Position numbers and translations under genes: made by a program
Assembly (NCBI GenBank): GCA_027592945.1
Contig: JAQCJP010000001.1
Span: 1 to 51,780 of the forward strand
DNA: 51,780 nt
Direction of reading: 5' to 3'
Origin: Planctomycetota bacterium
Lineage (GTDB): Bacteria > Planctomycetota > Planctomycetia > Pirellulales > UBA1268
Shown here: piece by piece, positions 36,596 to 45,583 of the stretch
Position numbering within the stretch: position 1 is the stretch's first letter
Layout: each line of letters begins with the position of its first letter
The notes under the pieces: generated by a model
Told to the model about the DNA's origin: nothing
Seen by the model: only the letters and a program-made list of their open reading frames with translations
Databases searched by the model: none

Positions 36596-38332
36596 CTAGA
36601 GCGCGTCGTCGGTGCGAAGGGTCAGCTCCACGAGCCGCTCGAGCGCCTCGGCCGGTGAACCGTCCGGGAAGTTGGAGAGCACAACCTCCTTGGCGTAGAG
36701 TTTGCCGATGTAGCGCCGATGGCGGCCGGCCGAGGAGCGACTGGCAAGAAAATCGCGATGGGCCGAGTTGATCACGATCTCGTTGACGGCGGCATCGTAT
36801 CGCGACCGCCAGAGCTGGCCCGGTTCGGCAGCGAGCCGATAGGACGGAAGCCCCCGCCTGCTCGGGGACACTGATGCGGGCAGCTCTCTGACGCAGCGAA
36901 CCTCGACCCGGTCACGCACCTCGACGTCACCCTGGCGGGCCAGCACCTCGACCGTCGCCAGCCCCTCCTGGTCACCGTGTACCAGGCAGGCAGCAGCATC
37001 GGCGGTCAGCCAGGCGGTTCCCGACACGATCCGCCAATGGAGGCTGACGCCCTCGCTGATGCGATGGCTGTCGGCATCGACGACCCGCGCCGACAACCGC
37101 ACCTCCTCCCCGGGCCGGTGCCGAGGATGCCGGGGTGAGATCATGACTGTGGCCGGTGGTCCCGGATCGCGGCGAAAGAGCCCCGGCTGGACCGACCCCG
37201 GCTCCGCTGCCTGGCGGGCGGCACCGGGCTTGGGAATGTCGAAGTAGAGGTACTCCTCGGCAGGCAGCTGCGAGAGGGCCGACGTGAAGGCCTTGTGGAC
37301 CTGCTTGAGGAGCTGCTGACTGGCCCGCTCCGCCTCAGCTTCGTCACGCTCGGCAAGAGCCGCCAGCATGTCCCGGGCGATCGCCTCACCGGTGGACGCG
37401 AGCGTTTCGAGGGCCGCATCGGCCACCACGCCCCCCCGCGTTCCCGGCGCGAGCGCCAGCGGCTCGAAGTCGATGATTCCCTCGATCCTGCCATCGGTCC
37501 AGGGCGGGCCTTGAAACGACAGCAGATCGCTGATGCGGGGCAGAACGCGAGTCCCGTCCTTGCAGAGGGCGATGCTGCCGGTTCCGCTCTCGTCCTGCAG
37601 GTAGACCTCCACCTGCACGTCACCCAGCGGCGTTGCATAGCGGCGCGGGATCTCGAGCCGCTCCCCGGCAAACTCACGCGGTTTGACCGCCAGCCGCTTC
37701 CGAGCAACGTTGTCGACGACGAGGATCTGCACGCCCGACCGGCGAATCCGGTCGCGGAGTTCCGCCGACAGGTAGCGGGCGATCTTCTCGCCGGTGACAA
37801 GGTTGCGGGTCGCTTCGAGGAGCGGCCCGACGACCACCTGGGTGCCACTGGCGGCGAGCAGGCCTCCGACCGGCCGGATCTGATACTCCCGCTGGCCGCG
37901 GATCAGCCGCAGTTCACGGGCCCGGCCATCCCGGCCGGCGGAGGTCATGGTGAGGTTTTCACCGAGGCTCCAGAAACTCAGCAGGCCGATGCCAAACTCG
38001 CCGTGCACGCCCCGCCGGGCGGGAGCGTCGAGCCGGCGTTTCATCGAGTCGCAGAGATGGGTGGCGATCCGCTCGAAATCGGGCCGTCCCTCGCCGTCCG
38101 CGGCGACCCCGCGACCGTCGTCCTCAAACTCGATGAAGGCCTCGCCCTGCCGCCGGCGCCGGATGATCCGCACCGTCTTCGCACCGGCGTCGATGGCATT
38201 CTCAGTCAGCTCGCAGATCGCCTTGAGCGGATGGGTCTGCGAGTGCGCGATGATCGTGATCGCGTTCCACTGGTCACCGATCTGGAGCGTTCCGGTGGCC
38301 GTCGAGTCGGTGCGAGTCGTCATGCGACCCAT
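36596..38332 (-). CDS. GHKL-superfamily ATPase (HATPase_c_3 / MORC-Hsp90-like) with internal Ig-like (Big_2-like) domain
   Basis: The N box is ELTENAIDAG, G1 is EDDGRGV and G2 is GEFGIGLLSF. An S5-like middle region is followed by a coiled segment. ISPRHPRHRPGEEVRLSARVVDADSHRISEGVSLHWRIVSG..ATVEVLARQGDVEVRDRVEVRCV (about 36890-37150) resembles a bacterial Ig-like domain. Confidence 0.75.
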   Translation of the reverse strand: MGRMTTRTDSTATGTLQIGDQWNAITIIAHSQTHPLKAICELTENAIDAGAKTVRIIRRRRQGEAFIEFEDDGRGVAADGEGRPDFERIATHLCDSMKRRLDAPARRGVHGEFGIGLLSFWSLGENLTMTSAGRDGRARELRLIRGQREYQIRPVGGLLAASGTQVVVGPLLEATRNLVTGEKIARYLSAELRDRIRRSGVQILVVDNVARKRLAVKPREFAGERLEIPRRYATPLGDVQVEVYLQDESGTGSIALCKDGTRVLPRISDLLSFQGPPWTDGRIEGIIDFEPLALAPGTRGGVVADAALETLASTGEAIARDMLAALAERDEAEAERASQQLLKQVHKAFTSALSQLPAEEYLYFDIPKPGAARQAAEPGSVQPGLFRRDPGPPATVMISPRHPRHRPGEEVRLSARVVDADSHRISEGVSLHWRIVSGTAWLTADAAACLVHGDQEGLATVEVLARQGDVEVRDRVEVRCVRELPASVSPSRRGLPSYRLAAEPGQLWRSRYDAAVNEIVINSAHRDFLASRSSAGRHRRYIGKLYAKEVVLSNFPDGSPAEALERLVELTLRTDDAL

Positions 38333-38355
38333 CGTACGGCTTTTCTGGCCGTCCG

Positions 38356-39795
38356 CTACCGCGGGCCACCGCTGGGCGACGGCACCTCGGCAACCCGGGG
38401 GCGGGCCTCGGAGGCCACCAGGTAGGGCCGCTTGTATTCGGGCATGTAGCCCCGCGCCCCGCGAACGGTCACCTGCTGGCCAACCATGGGCGCCAGGCTG
38501 ACGCCGGGCCGGGGCGTGACAAAGACCAGCACGTTGTTGTTACCGTCGACCAGGGCCCACCGCGGGGCGTCGGGCCGCCGCGAGATCACCGTCGCCAGCC
38601 GGCCGGTCGTCTCCATCTGATCCGGAGGCGTCCAGTCGGGGCGTCCATCGGCCGGCCGACCCCCGGGCAGCACACCGGGTCGGATCGGCCGCGACCCGAG
38701 GGTGGAGAGACTCGACCACATGCTGCCCAGCCGGAGGGGCGAGTCGGCCTGCTCGGCGGGAGTCACCAGGGCCTGTTGCCTGGCCTGGATCGCCTCGAAC
38801 CGCGAGAGCCGGGCGTCGATCGCCTCGGCACGGGTTCGCTCGGCGCCGCTGGTCGCCCGCGTGGCAGCCAGCCGGAGGCGTTCCCGAATCGGCGAAAGGT
38901 TCCACTGCTCGCTCGGCCCGGCCACCGCCAGCGAGAGGGCCAGATCGATGTCGGCCAGTTCGTCAGCGGGCACGGCGGCCGCACCGCCAGCCACGGCCGG
39001 AGCTGCCGGCGGCGAGCTCAGATCGAAGACGTTCGTACCCCGCGGCAGCCAGCCCGACAGCAGCCGCACGACGCCGGCAGGATCCGCAAACATGCCCGGT
39101 TCATCGTCGGCCACACCGGCCTCGACGCCCGGCTCCACATCCGCGACCGCCTGGGTGACGGCCACGCTGGCATCGCGGACCGCGGCGATTGCCTCGGCTG
39201 CGGCGGCCAGCCCGGCCCCGGCCCCGGCTCCTGACGGGGTCTCGTCTGCCACAGCCACAAGCGCCGGCGGCAGGTCGAGATCGGCAGCCCAGGCCCAGCG
39301 AAACTCGCCGGCAGGGGCTTTAATCCGCAACCAGTCCCCCGCATGCCGACCGTTCGGAATGCTGACTCGCTCGAGTACGACCACCCGTTCCCCTGCCTCG
39401 AGCGCCACCTGGCTGACGTGCCGCAGATCGTTGAGCTGCGAACCGATGCGGGCCACGGTCGCGTCGTTCACGACAACGCCGACTGATTCCGTTGTTGCAT
39501 GGCCTGGAGCCCGCGAGGCATCCTCAGGAATCTCGACATCGGCCGCCCGCACCCAGCTGAAGCTGCCCTCGAGCGGCCGCACGGCACAGTAGCCGGAGAG
39601 ATCGATCGCCCAGACCTCGACCTCCGTTGAGCGGCCCAGCCGGGCCGTCGGATAGAAGTCGTCGCCCGGCCCTGCCCGCAGAAGCGTCTGGCTGGCCGTC
39701 ACCCGCGCGGTCACCGGCAGGGCGTGCTCCCGCTGCTCGCCAGCCACCGCTCCAGCGGCAAGCAGGCTCATGATCAAGAGGGCGAGCCAACGCAT
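38356..39795 (-). CDS. Exported protein with two SH3b-like domains and Ala-rich spacer
   Basis: A signal peptide (MRWLALLIMSLLAAGAVAG) is present. VTASQTLLRAGPGDDFYPTARLGRSTEVEVWA and NDATVARIGSQLNDLRHVSQVALEAGERVVVLE resemble bacterial SH3. The gene ends 23 nt upstream of the GHKL ATPase gene. Confidence 0.55.
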   Translation of the reverse strand: MRWLALLIMSLLAAGAVAGEQREHALPVTARVTASQTLLRAGPGDDFYPTARLGRSTEVEVWAIDLSGYCAVRPLEGSFSWVRAADVEIPEDASRAPGHATTESVGVVVNDATVARIGSQLNDLRHVSQVALEAGERVVVLERVSIPNGRHAGDWLRIKAPAGEFRWAWAADLDLPPALVAVADETPSGAGAGAGLAAAAEAIAAVRDASVAVTQAVADVEPGVEAGVADDEPGMFADPAGVVRLLSGWLPRGTNVFDLSSPPAAPAVAGGAAAVPADELADIDLALSLAVAGPSEQWNLSPIRERLRLAATRATSGAERTRAEAIDARLSRFEAIQARQQALVTPAEQADSPLRLGSMWSSLSTLGSRPIRPGVLPGGRPADGRPDWTPPDQMETTGRLATVISRRPDAPRWALVDGNNNVLVFVTPRPGVSLAPMVGQQVTVRGARGYMPEYKRPYLVASEARPRVAEVPSPSGGPR

Positions 39796-39929
39796 CGCAA
39801 ACGTTCCGATTGGTCAAAACCTCGTGGAGTTCGACGAGGGGCCAACGGCTGGCAACAGGCCGCGCACTCCGCCGCAGGCGGTGGGAAGAGATACAGACCA
39901 CCGCCGGCTCCGACAAGCCGGAAAGCCAT

Positions 39930-39974
39930 GAAAAAAGCGTGTAGACGAGGCTTGGGCTCCCTCGTCTACACGCT
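39930..39974 (-). terminator. Rho-independent terminator downstream of the nfeD-floA operon
   Basis: There is a 15-bp perfect stem (39936-39950 with 39960-39974) and a 9-nt loop. On the minus strand it is followed by a run of T (the A run at 39931-39936 on plus). Confidence 0.7.
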
Positions 39975-40233
39975 CGCGGCCGGGCTGTTCGACGAGCCCG
40001 ACACCGCTCTTGTAGACCAGCCGTCGGCCGGGCTCAAGCCACGAAAACAGCCCGTCTCTCTGCCCCGAGAAAACGGCTCACCACGTCCCGAAAAACCCCT
40101 CGCCAGGAGGGATTCCTGGCAGGCCGGGCGAGCGGGGGAAACCCGGCTACCCGGCACGCCTCGACGCGGGGCGTGACAGCAGCCGGATGACAGCAGCGGG
40201 CCGCAGTCTGGCCGAGGCCCGCCGGCGGATCCA

Positions 40234-40803
40234 TCACCAGCGCTCGGTTGGGCGGTCGAGCACTTCCCGCATCAAGATCAACTGCCGCAGCCCTCCGGGC
40301 GAGCGGAGGGCCGTGAGGAGTTCGGTGGCTGCCGAAGCTGGCTGGGGCTGCGGCGATCCATCGCCGGCGAGCGGTGATTCATGCGCCAGGTCATGGGCGA
40401 AGGCGGCGGCCACATGGCTGGCGACATCCTCTCGTGATCCGACAGCGGCCGGCAACGGCGGGGGCACCTCCAGCCGCTCCTGCCGCCGTCGCTCCTTCGA
40501 CCGCGGACCCCGGCGCTTCGACTGCGGCTGGCGACCGCCGCGTCGCTCCCGCTCGCCCGACTCCAAGGTCCGCCGCAGGAATTCCTCGATCTCTTCGTCC
40601 AACGATTCGCTCGCCGCGTCCGCCGGTCCGCGACCAGCAGCAGGCCGCCGGGGTGGCGCGGGCTGTTCTCCGGGCTGCCTCGCCGCCTTGCGAAATAGGC
40701 CGAGCACCTGGGAGACAACCCAGATGATGACGAACAAGAGCGGCAGGAGGCCCTCGAGCCAGTCGCCCCGAGCCGCCACAAGCAGCATCTCGGCCGGTCG
40801 CAT
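40234..40803 (-). CDS. Hypothetical protein with one N-terminal TM helix and Arg/Glu-rich linker, last gene of the floA operon
   Basis: This is a track ORF with the TM segment LLPLLFVIIWVVSQVLGLF. It starts 39 nt downstream of floA. No motif was recognised. Confidence 0.45.
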   Translation of the reverse strand: MRPAEMLLVAARGDWLEGLLPLLFVIIWVVSQVLGLFRKAARQPGEQPAPPRRPAAGRGPADAASESLDEEIEEFLRRTLESGERERRGGRQPQSKRRGPRSKERRRQERLEVPPPLPAAVGSREDVASHVAAAFAHDLAHESPLAGDGSPQPQPASAATELLTALRSPGGLRQLILMREVLDRPTERW

Positions 40804-40842
40804 CGCCTCACCTCCTCGTCATGCGTCTGCCGCTGCCATCGC

Positions 40843-41868
40843 TCAGGATGCCGTCGCGACCGGCAGCGAGGTCGGCGGTGTCGCGATCGATCGCCGCATT
40901 TCGGTGTCGGCCTGCAGATTCCGCAATCGATAATAGTCGAAGATGCCCAGCTGGCCGCCGGCCAGCGACTCGGCAATCGCCTTGGGTACTTCGGCTTCAG
41001 CCTCAACGAGCCCCGCCCGGCTCTCCTCGATGCTGGCGATCATCTCCTGCTCGCGAGCCACGGCCATCGCCCGCCGGCCCTCTGCCTTGGCCCGGGCGAC
41101 CCGGGTGTCGGCCTCGGCCTGATCGGCCTGCAGGCGGGCCCCGATGTTGGCCCCGACGTCGATGTCAGCGATGTCGATCGAGACGATTTCGAAGGCAGTG
41201 TTGGCATCGAGCCGCCGCCCGAGGACCGTCTTGGAGATGACGTCGGGATTCTCGAGGACGTTGGTGTGTCGCTCAGCCGAGCCGATCGCCGAGACGATCC
41301 CTTCGCCGACCCGGGCGATGATCGTCTCCTCGGTGGCTCCTCCGATCAGCTGGTAGAGATTGGTCCGCACCGTGACCCGCGCCTTGACCTTGAGCTGGAT
41401 GCCATTCTTGGCCACCGCATCGAGCGAGGTCCGACCGCTGTTCTTGCCTGGGCAGTCGATCACCTTCGGATAGACAGATGTCTGGACCGCCTCGCGGACG
41501 TTCCGCCCGGCCAGATCGATCGCGGCGGCCCGCTTGAAATCGAGTTCGGTGATCTTGGCCTTGTTGGCGGCGATCAATGCCTGCACCACCAGCGGCACGC
41601 GGCCGCCAGCGAGGTAGTGGGCCTCGAGGGCCTGGCCGGTGACGCCGCTGGAATCGCCAAGCCCCGCCTGAACGGCCATGATTTTGCTGCGAACGATGAC
41701 CGTCGGGTTCACCTTCTTGAAGCTCATCGCCACCATGTCAAACAGCCCGATCCCGGCACTCGATGCGTACGACTGGACCCAGAGCCGCAGGTAACGGGCC
41801 ACCAGCCCGAAGATGACCAGGACCACCAGGATGGCCAGGCCGAGCAAGACGAGCGGCACAAAATTCAT
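40843..41868 (-). CDS. floA: Flotillin-like protein FloA (UPF0365/YqfA family)
   Basis: The protein has an N-terminal TM helix. [44 protein letters not shown] and the SPFH-type core up to [13 protein letters not shown]-like ([16 protein letters not shown]) are collinear with Bacillus YqfA. Confidence 0.85.
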   Translation of the reverse strand: MNFVPLVLLGLAILVVLVIFGLVARYLRLWVQSYASSAGIGLFDMVAMSFKKVNPTVIVRSKIMAVQAGLGDSSGVTGQALEAHYLAGGRVPLVVQALIAANKAKITELDFKRAAAIDLAGRNVREAVQTSVYPKVIDCPGKNSGRTSLDAVAKNGIQLKVKARVTVRTNLYQLIGGATEETIIARVGEGIVSAIGSAERHTNVLENPDVISKTVLGRRLDANTAFEIVSIDIADIDVGANIGARLQADQAEADTRVARAKAEGRRAMAVAREQEMIASIEESRAGLVEAEAEVPKAIAESLAGGQLGIFDYYRLRNLQADTEMRRSIATPPTSLPVATAS

Positions 41869-41961
41869 GGCAGCGGAGGCTCCGAGTGGAGAGGCGGAGG
41901 AACGTGGCCGAGCACGCAGCGGGCAGCCAGACGCCGCCGAAACGGACTCGCAACCCGTGCC

Positions 41962-42615
41962 TTAAGACTGGTTCGCGGGAGGCGGCGAGTCAAGCGAGCC
42001 AGAACCCCGTTCATTTCGCTGGATATCCTCAAAATCGAACTCCTCGAGCACGCTGGAGAGTCGGGCCGGTGGCGGCGCGGACGGCTCAGGGGCGGACGGC
42101 TCGATCGCAACGGGCTGCGGCGGGACGACGGCGACCCGCACCACCAGCGCCCGCCCCTCGAGTCCGACGACCTCAACCGCCGTGGCCCTGTCGATCGCCG
42201 GCCCTTCACTCAGGGCGTCGAACCGTTCTCCGTCGACTTCGATCTGCCCCCACGGCATCAGTTCGCTCGTGGTCCGGCCTGAGCGGCCTACGAGGTCGCG
42301 GAGCCGGCGGCGAGCGGCAGCATCGGGGAGCACCTCTTCCGGCTCAGGAGGCGGCGGCAGGACGCGCCGCCCGAGCGGCGTCGAGGGAAACCAGCGAAAG
42401 GCGACCATCAGCACGGCCGGCACGGCGACAAATGCTCCCCCCAACACGGCCATCCCGGTCGCCAGGCCTCCTTCGAGGAACGCCATCACGATACCCACCA
42501 CCAGCGCCGTCACCGCCAGCAACCCGAGCACGCCACCCGATGGCACGAAGACCTCGAGCAGAATCAGAGCCAGCCCAACGGCCAGCAGCAGCAGAATCCA
42601 AACCAGCGAGCTCAT
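41962..42615 (-). CDS. NfeD-family membrane protein (short form)
   Basis: N-terminal TM helices are followed by a C-terminal OB-fold segment (GRSGRTTSELMPWGQIEVDGERFDALSEGPAIDRATAVEVVGLEGRALVV). The start overlaps the upstream stop as ATGA. Confidence 0.75.
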   Translation of the reverse strand: MSSLVWILLLLAVGLALILLEVFVPSGGVLGLLAVTALVVGIVMAFLEGGLATGMAVLGGAFVAVPAVLMVAFRWFPSTPLGRRVLPPPPEPEEVLPDAAARRRLRDLVGRSGRTTSELMPWGQIEVDGERFDALSEGPAIDRATAVEVVGLEGRALVVRVAVVPPQPVAIEPSAPEPSAPPPARLSSVLEEFDFEDIQRNERGSGSLDSPPPANQS

Positions 42616-44747
42616 GCCTCTTCCACCGGTCGGACGACCAGCCGGCCGCCGCGGACGCCCACGACCCGGACGTGCATCCCGGACTCCACGAGGACTCCGT
42701 CGCTGACGACATCCCGAACCGCCCCCTCAACCCGTGCCTTGCCAGCGAGCGCCAGCCGGCTCGTTGTCATGCCTTCGGCACCGACCAGATCGGCCAGGGA
42801 TTCCGCATCGTCGAAGGCCGACTCAGCCGGCGGTTCAAGCAGCACCGTCCGCAGCCCAGGCGTCGCCGGCAGCCACCGCTGCACGAGCATGGCGACGACG
42901 GCCACGCCTGCCACGGCCCCCAGGATTCCCACCAGCGACCACTGCATCTGTTCCACCTGATAGTCGTTCATCGGCACGACGAACGACTGACTGGCCAGCA
43001 CCAACGATGCGATCACGAGCAGTCCGCCACCGAGTCCGAGCACACCGAAACCGGGCAGTACGAAGATCTCGGCCAGGACACAGATGATGCCGGCCAGGAA
43101 GAGCATCACTTCCAGCCAGCCTGAGGTGCCGTGGAGATACTGGCTCCAGAAATAAACGATGAAGGCCACCATCGCCACAAACCCACCGAACCCGAAGCCG
43201 GGCGTCTTCAGTTCGATGTAAAGCCCGGCCCCGCCTATCAAGAGCAGCAGCCAGGCCAGCCCGGGACTGGCCAAAGCGGCCAGGAGCTCATCGGCCCAGC
43301 CCGGCTCCGAGAGGGCCACCTCGCCCTCGAGCCCGTACGCCTTTCGAAGGCCCGCGAAGTCGGTGACCGTGAGGGCAGCGAGGCCAAGCTCTTCAGCCCG
43401 GCGGCCATCGAGCCGGATGGGCCCCGTGCCGAGCTCGGCTCCCTCCCGCCACTCAGCGCGGTCGGGACGGGCTGCCAGTTCGACGTCTGAAAAGTATTCG
43501 ATCCTGCCGGTCCCCTGCTGCTGTGCCCGCCGCACCACCAACCCCGGCACCACGGTCGCCAGGGGAAGCGACCAGGTTCGATCCCGCAACTGGGCCACGC
43601 CTCCCCGCCAGGCCACGGCGATCGCCTCGCCCCGCCGCTCATCAATCGCCGCGGCACCCTCGCCCCCGAGAACCGCCGCGGGCCGCATTGCCAGTTCGTC
43701 GCAGGCCAGCGCCACAAGCGCCGCATCGCCCCGCGCCTCCCGGGGCACCCAGGCCACCGTCCGCACCCGCGTCGGATCGAGTCCTGCCAGCCAGTTGGCC
43801 AACACGAGGCTCTGCTCGGGCGACCCGCCGCTGCTGTCGATCCTGAGGCAGACGAAGTTGGCGCCGTTCTCGACGGCCCCTTCGATCCGACTGCGGGTCC
43901 GGGCGACCGCCTCGGCGGTGATCCCGCCGGAGAGTACGACCTGCACGCCCTGCCAGCCCCGCTCGAGCGACGGATCGCCCGCCAGATCCCGCTGATCGAC
44001 GCCGATCCGCCGGGCGAGGTCTGCCGGCGAATCGGCCAGCCCCGCCACGAAGCCGAGCCGACGGGCCTCCCGGCCGGAAAAGGCGAGCGGTCGCGGCTCC
44101 ATTTCCTCGACAGCCGCCACAGCGGTCCGATCACGAACCTCCTGCAGTTTGTCGGCAGTGACAAACGTCTCCCCGTCGGCGGTGGAAACGCGGAGGACCT
44201 GCACCCGCCGATCGAGCATGCCCAGGGCGACCTCGCCCGGCACGGTTCGTCGCCGGGCGGCGATCTCGCGGTAGGCCGCCCGCATCGCCTCATCGACGGT
44301 GGCATCGGCCTCGGCTGCCGGCCCGAGCACCGCCCCGCCGGCCATCACGATCTCGTCGCAGGCAACCGCCACGAGCACCGCATGTCCGCTGACGTTCTCC
44401 GGCAGCCAGGCTACCGTCTTGACGCCGGAGAGACGGTCGCTCGAAAGAAACCGAGCCAACTCCAAGGCCCGGCCGAAGTCACTGGCAGCGGCGTCAGCGG
44501 CCCCGGCATCGAACCGCAGCACGAGCACACCCCGCTGCGGGGCTCCGCGCTGCAGCTGGCCGAGCTGCCGCATGATCGCACCGGTGATCTGCGTGTCGCG
44601 GGTGCCGGTGATCGGAAGCCGCACCGTCAGCGTCACCGTCGCCGGCGGATCGGCCGCTTCGGCCCCGTGGACGGGCCCGGGGAGAAACCCTCCGATCAGC
44701 AGCGCGACCACGCGGGGCCAGACACGATCGACCCCAAACTGCCTCAT
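42612..44747 (-). CDS. NfeD-family membrane protein, long form with two tandem ClpP/SppA-like domains
   Basis: After a signal peptide come two ClpP-fold-like modules (..VLVLRFDAG..VAVACDEIVMAGGAVLG.. and ..VCLRIDSSGGSPEQS..VALACDELAMRPAAVLG..). A TM bundle follows, then a C-terminal NfeD OB domain (GAEGMTTSRLALAGKARVEGAVRDVVSDGVLVESGMHVRVVGVRGGRLVV). Confidence 0.75.
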   Translation of the reverse strand: MRQFGVDRVWPRVVALLIGGFLPGPVHGAEAADPPATVTLTVRLPITGTRDTQITGAIMRQLGQLQRGAPQRGVLVLRFDAGAADAAASDFGRALELARFLSSDRLSGVKTVAWLPENVSGHAVLVAVACDEIVMAGGAVLGPAAEADATVDEAMRAAYREIAARRRTVPGEVALGMLDRRVQVLRVSTADGETFVTADKLQEVRDRTAVAAVEEMEPRPLAFSGREARRLGFVAGLADSPADLARRIGVDQRDLAGDPSLERGWQGVQVVLSGGITAEAVARTRSRIEGAVENGANFVCLRIDSSGGSPEQSLVLANWLAGLDPTRVRTVAWVPREARGDAALVALACDELAMRPAAVLGGEGAAAIDERRGEAIAVAWRGGVAQLRDRTWSLPLATVVPGLVVRRAQQQGTGRIEYFSDVELAARPDRAEWREGAELGTGPIRLDGRRAEELGLAALTVTDFAGLRKAYGLEGEVALSEPGWADELLAALASPGLAWLLLLIGGAGLYIELKTPGFGFGGFVAMVAFIVYFWSQYLHGTSGWLEVMLFLAGIICVLAEIFVLPGFGVLGLGGGLLVIASLVLASQSFVVPMNDYQVEQMQWSLVGILGAVAGVAVVAMLVQRWLPATPGLRTVLLEPPAESAFDDAESLADLVGAEGMTTSRLALAGKARVEGAVRDVVSDGVLVESGMHVRVVGVRGGRLVVRPVEEA

Positions 44748-44856
44748 GGCCTCGCTCCAGAAACCGAACGATCCTTCCAGGATTCTAAGATGCTGCCGGG
44801 GGGAGTCAAAAAACGGGGCCTGGAGTCGGGCGGGCGACGGATATACTCAGTGGCCC

Positions 44857-45444
44857 GTGAATGCCGAGCCCGCACCAGCAGCTGCCCCACCTCCGGCCGA
44901 TCTCGTCGGCTGGATCGCCGAACGAGCGGTCCGGCGAGGCCGGTTCACCCTCGCCAGCGGCCGCGAGGCGAGTTTCTACATCGATGCCAAGCAGGTGGTG
45001 CTCGAGGCCCACGGGGCGATGCTCGTTGGCCGAGCCATTCTGGAGCGGCTCCAGTCGCTCGGTCCGCTTCCCGACGCCGTCGGCGGCATGGCGATCGGAG
45101 CCGATCCAATCACCGCCGCGGTGGTGACGATGGCCGGCGTGGCGGGAGTGTCACTCAAGGGTTTCATGGTTCGCAAGGAACCCAAGGGGCATGGCCTCCA
45201 GCGCTACGTGGAGGGCCCCGTCGAGCCGGGGCAGCGGGTGGTGATCGTGGAAGACGTGGTCACGACCGGAGGCTCGTCGCTCGTGGCAATCGACCGGGTG
45301 ATCGAGTTCGGCCTGGTGGTCGAGCGGTTGGTGACCGTCATCGATCGGCTGGCGGGGGGCCGGGAAGCCCTCGCTGCCCGAGGAATCGCGATGGAGTCGC
45401 TGGTGACGATCCGCGATCTCGGGATTGATCCCGACGCCGAGTGA
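44857..45444 (+). CDS. pyrE: Orotate phosphoribosyltransferase
   Basis: This is the in-frame GTG at 44857 within track ORF 44299..45444. Motifs are GRFTLASGREASFYIDAK and the PRPP loop VVIVEDVVTTGGS. The exact start is uncertain. Confidence 0.85.
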   Translation: MNAEPAPAAAPPPADLVGWIAERAVRRGRFTLASGREASFYIDAKQVVLEAHGAMLVGRAILERLQSLGPLPDAVGGMAIGADPITAAVVTMAGVAGVSLKGFMVRKEPKGHGLQRYVEGPVEPGQRVVIVEDVVTTGGSSLVAIDRVIEFGLVVERLVTVIDRLAGGREALAARGIAMESLVTIRDLGIDPDAE

Positions 45445-45583
45445 TGCTTGCCTGCCGCCCCCGCCCCGCCGTACTGTTCCTGGAGAGGACTGTGTCGCCT
45501 GTCTGCTTCCGGGGGTGCCGCTCCCGTTCGAGTCGCCCGTCGCCAGACCGTTCCTGCTCGTCGCGGCGGAGGCCAGCCCCGTG

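Noticed and set aside
39975-40233. A small RNA or small ORF in the 260-nt gap between the last floA-operon gene and the terminator.
   Set aside because: Only short local hairpins are visible (for example 40102-40120). The two track ORFs here (63 and 67 aa) have no coding-like features. This is most simply a 3' UTR.
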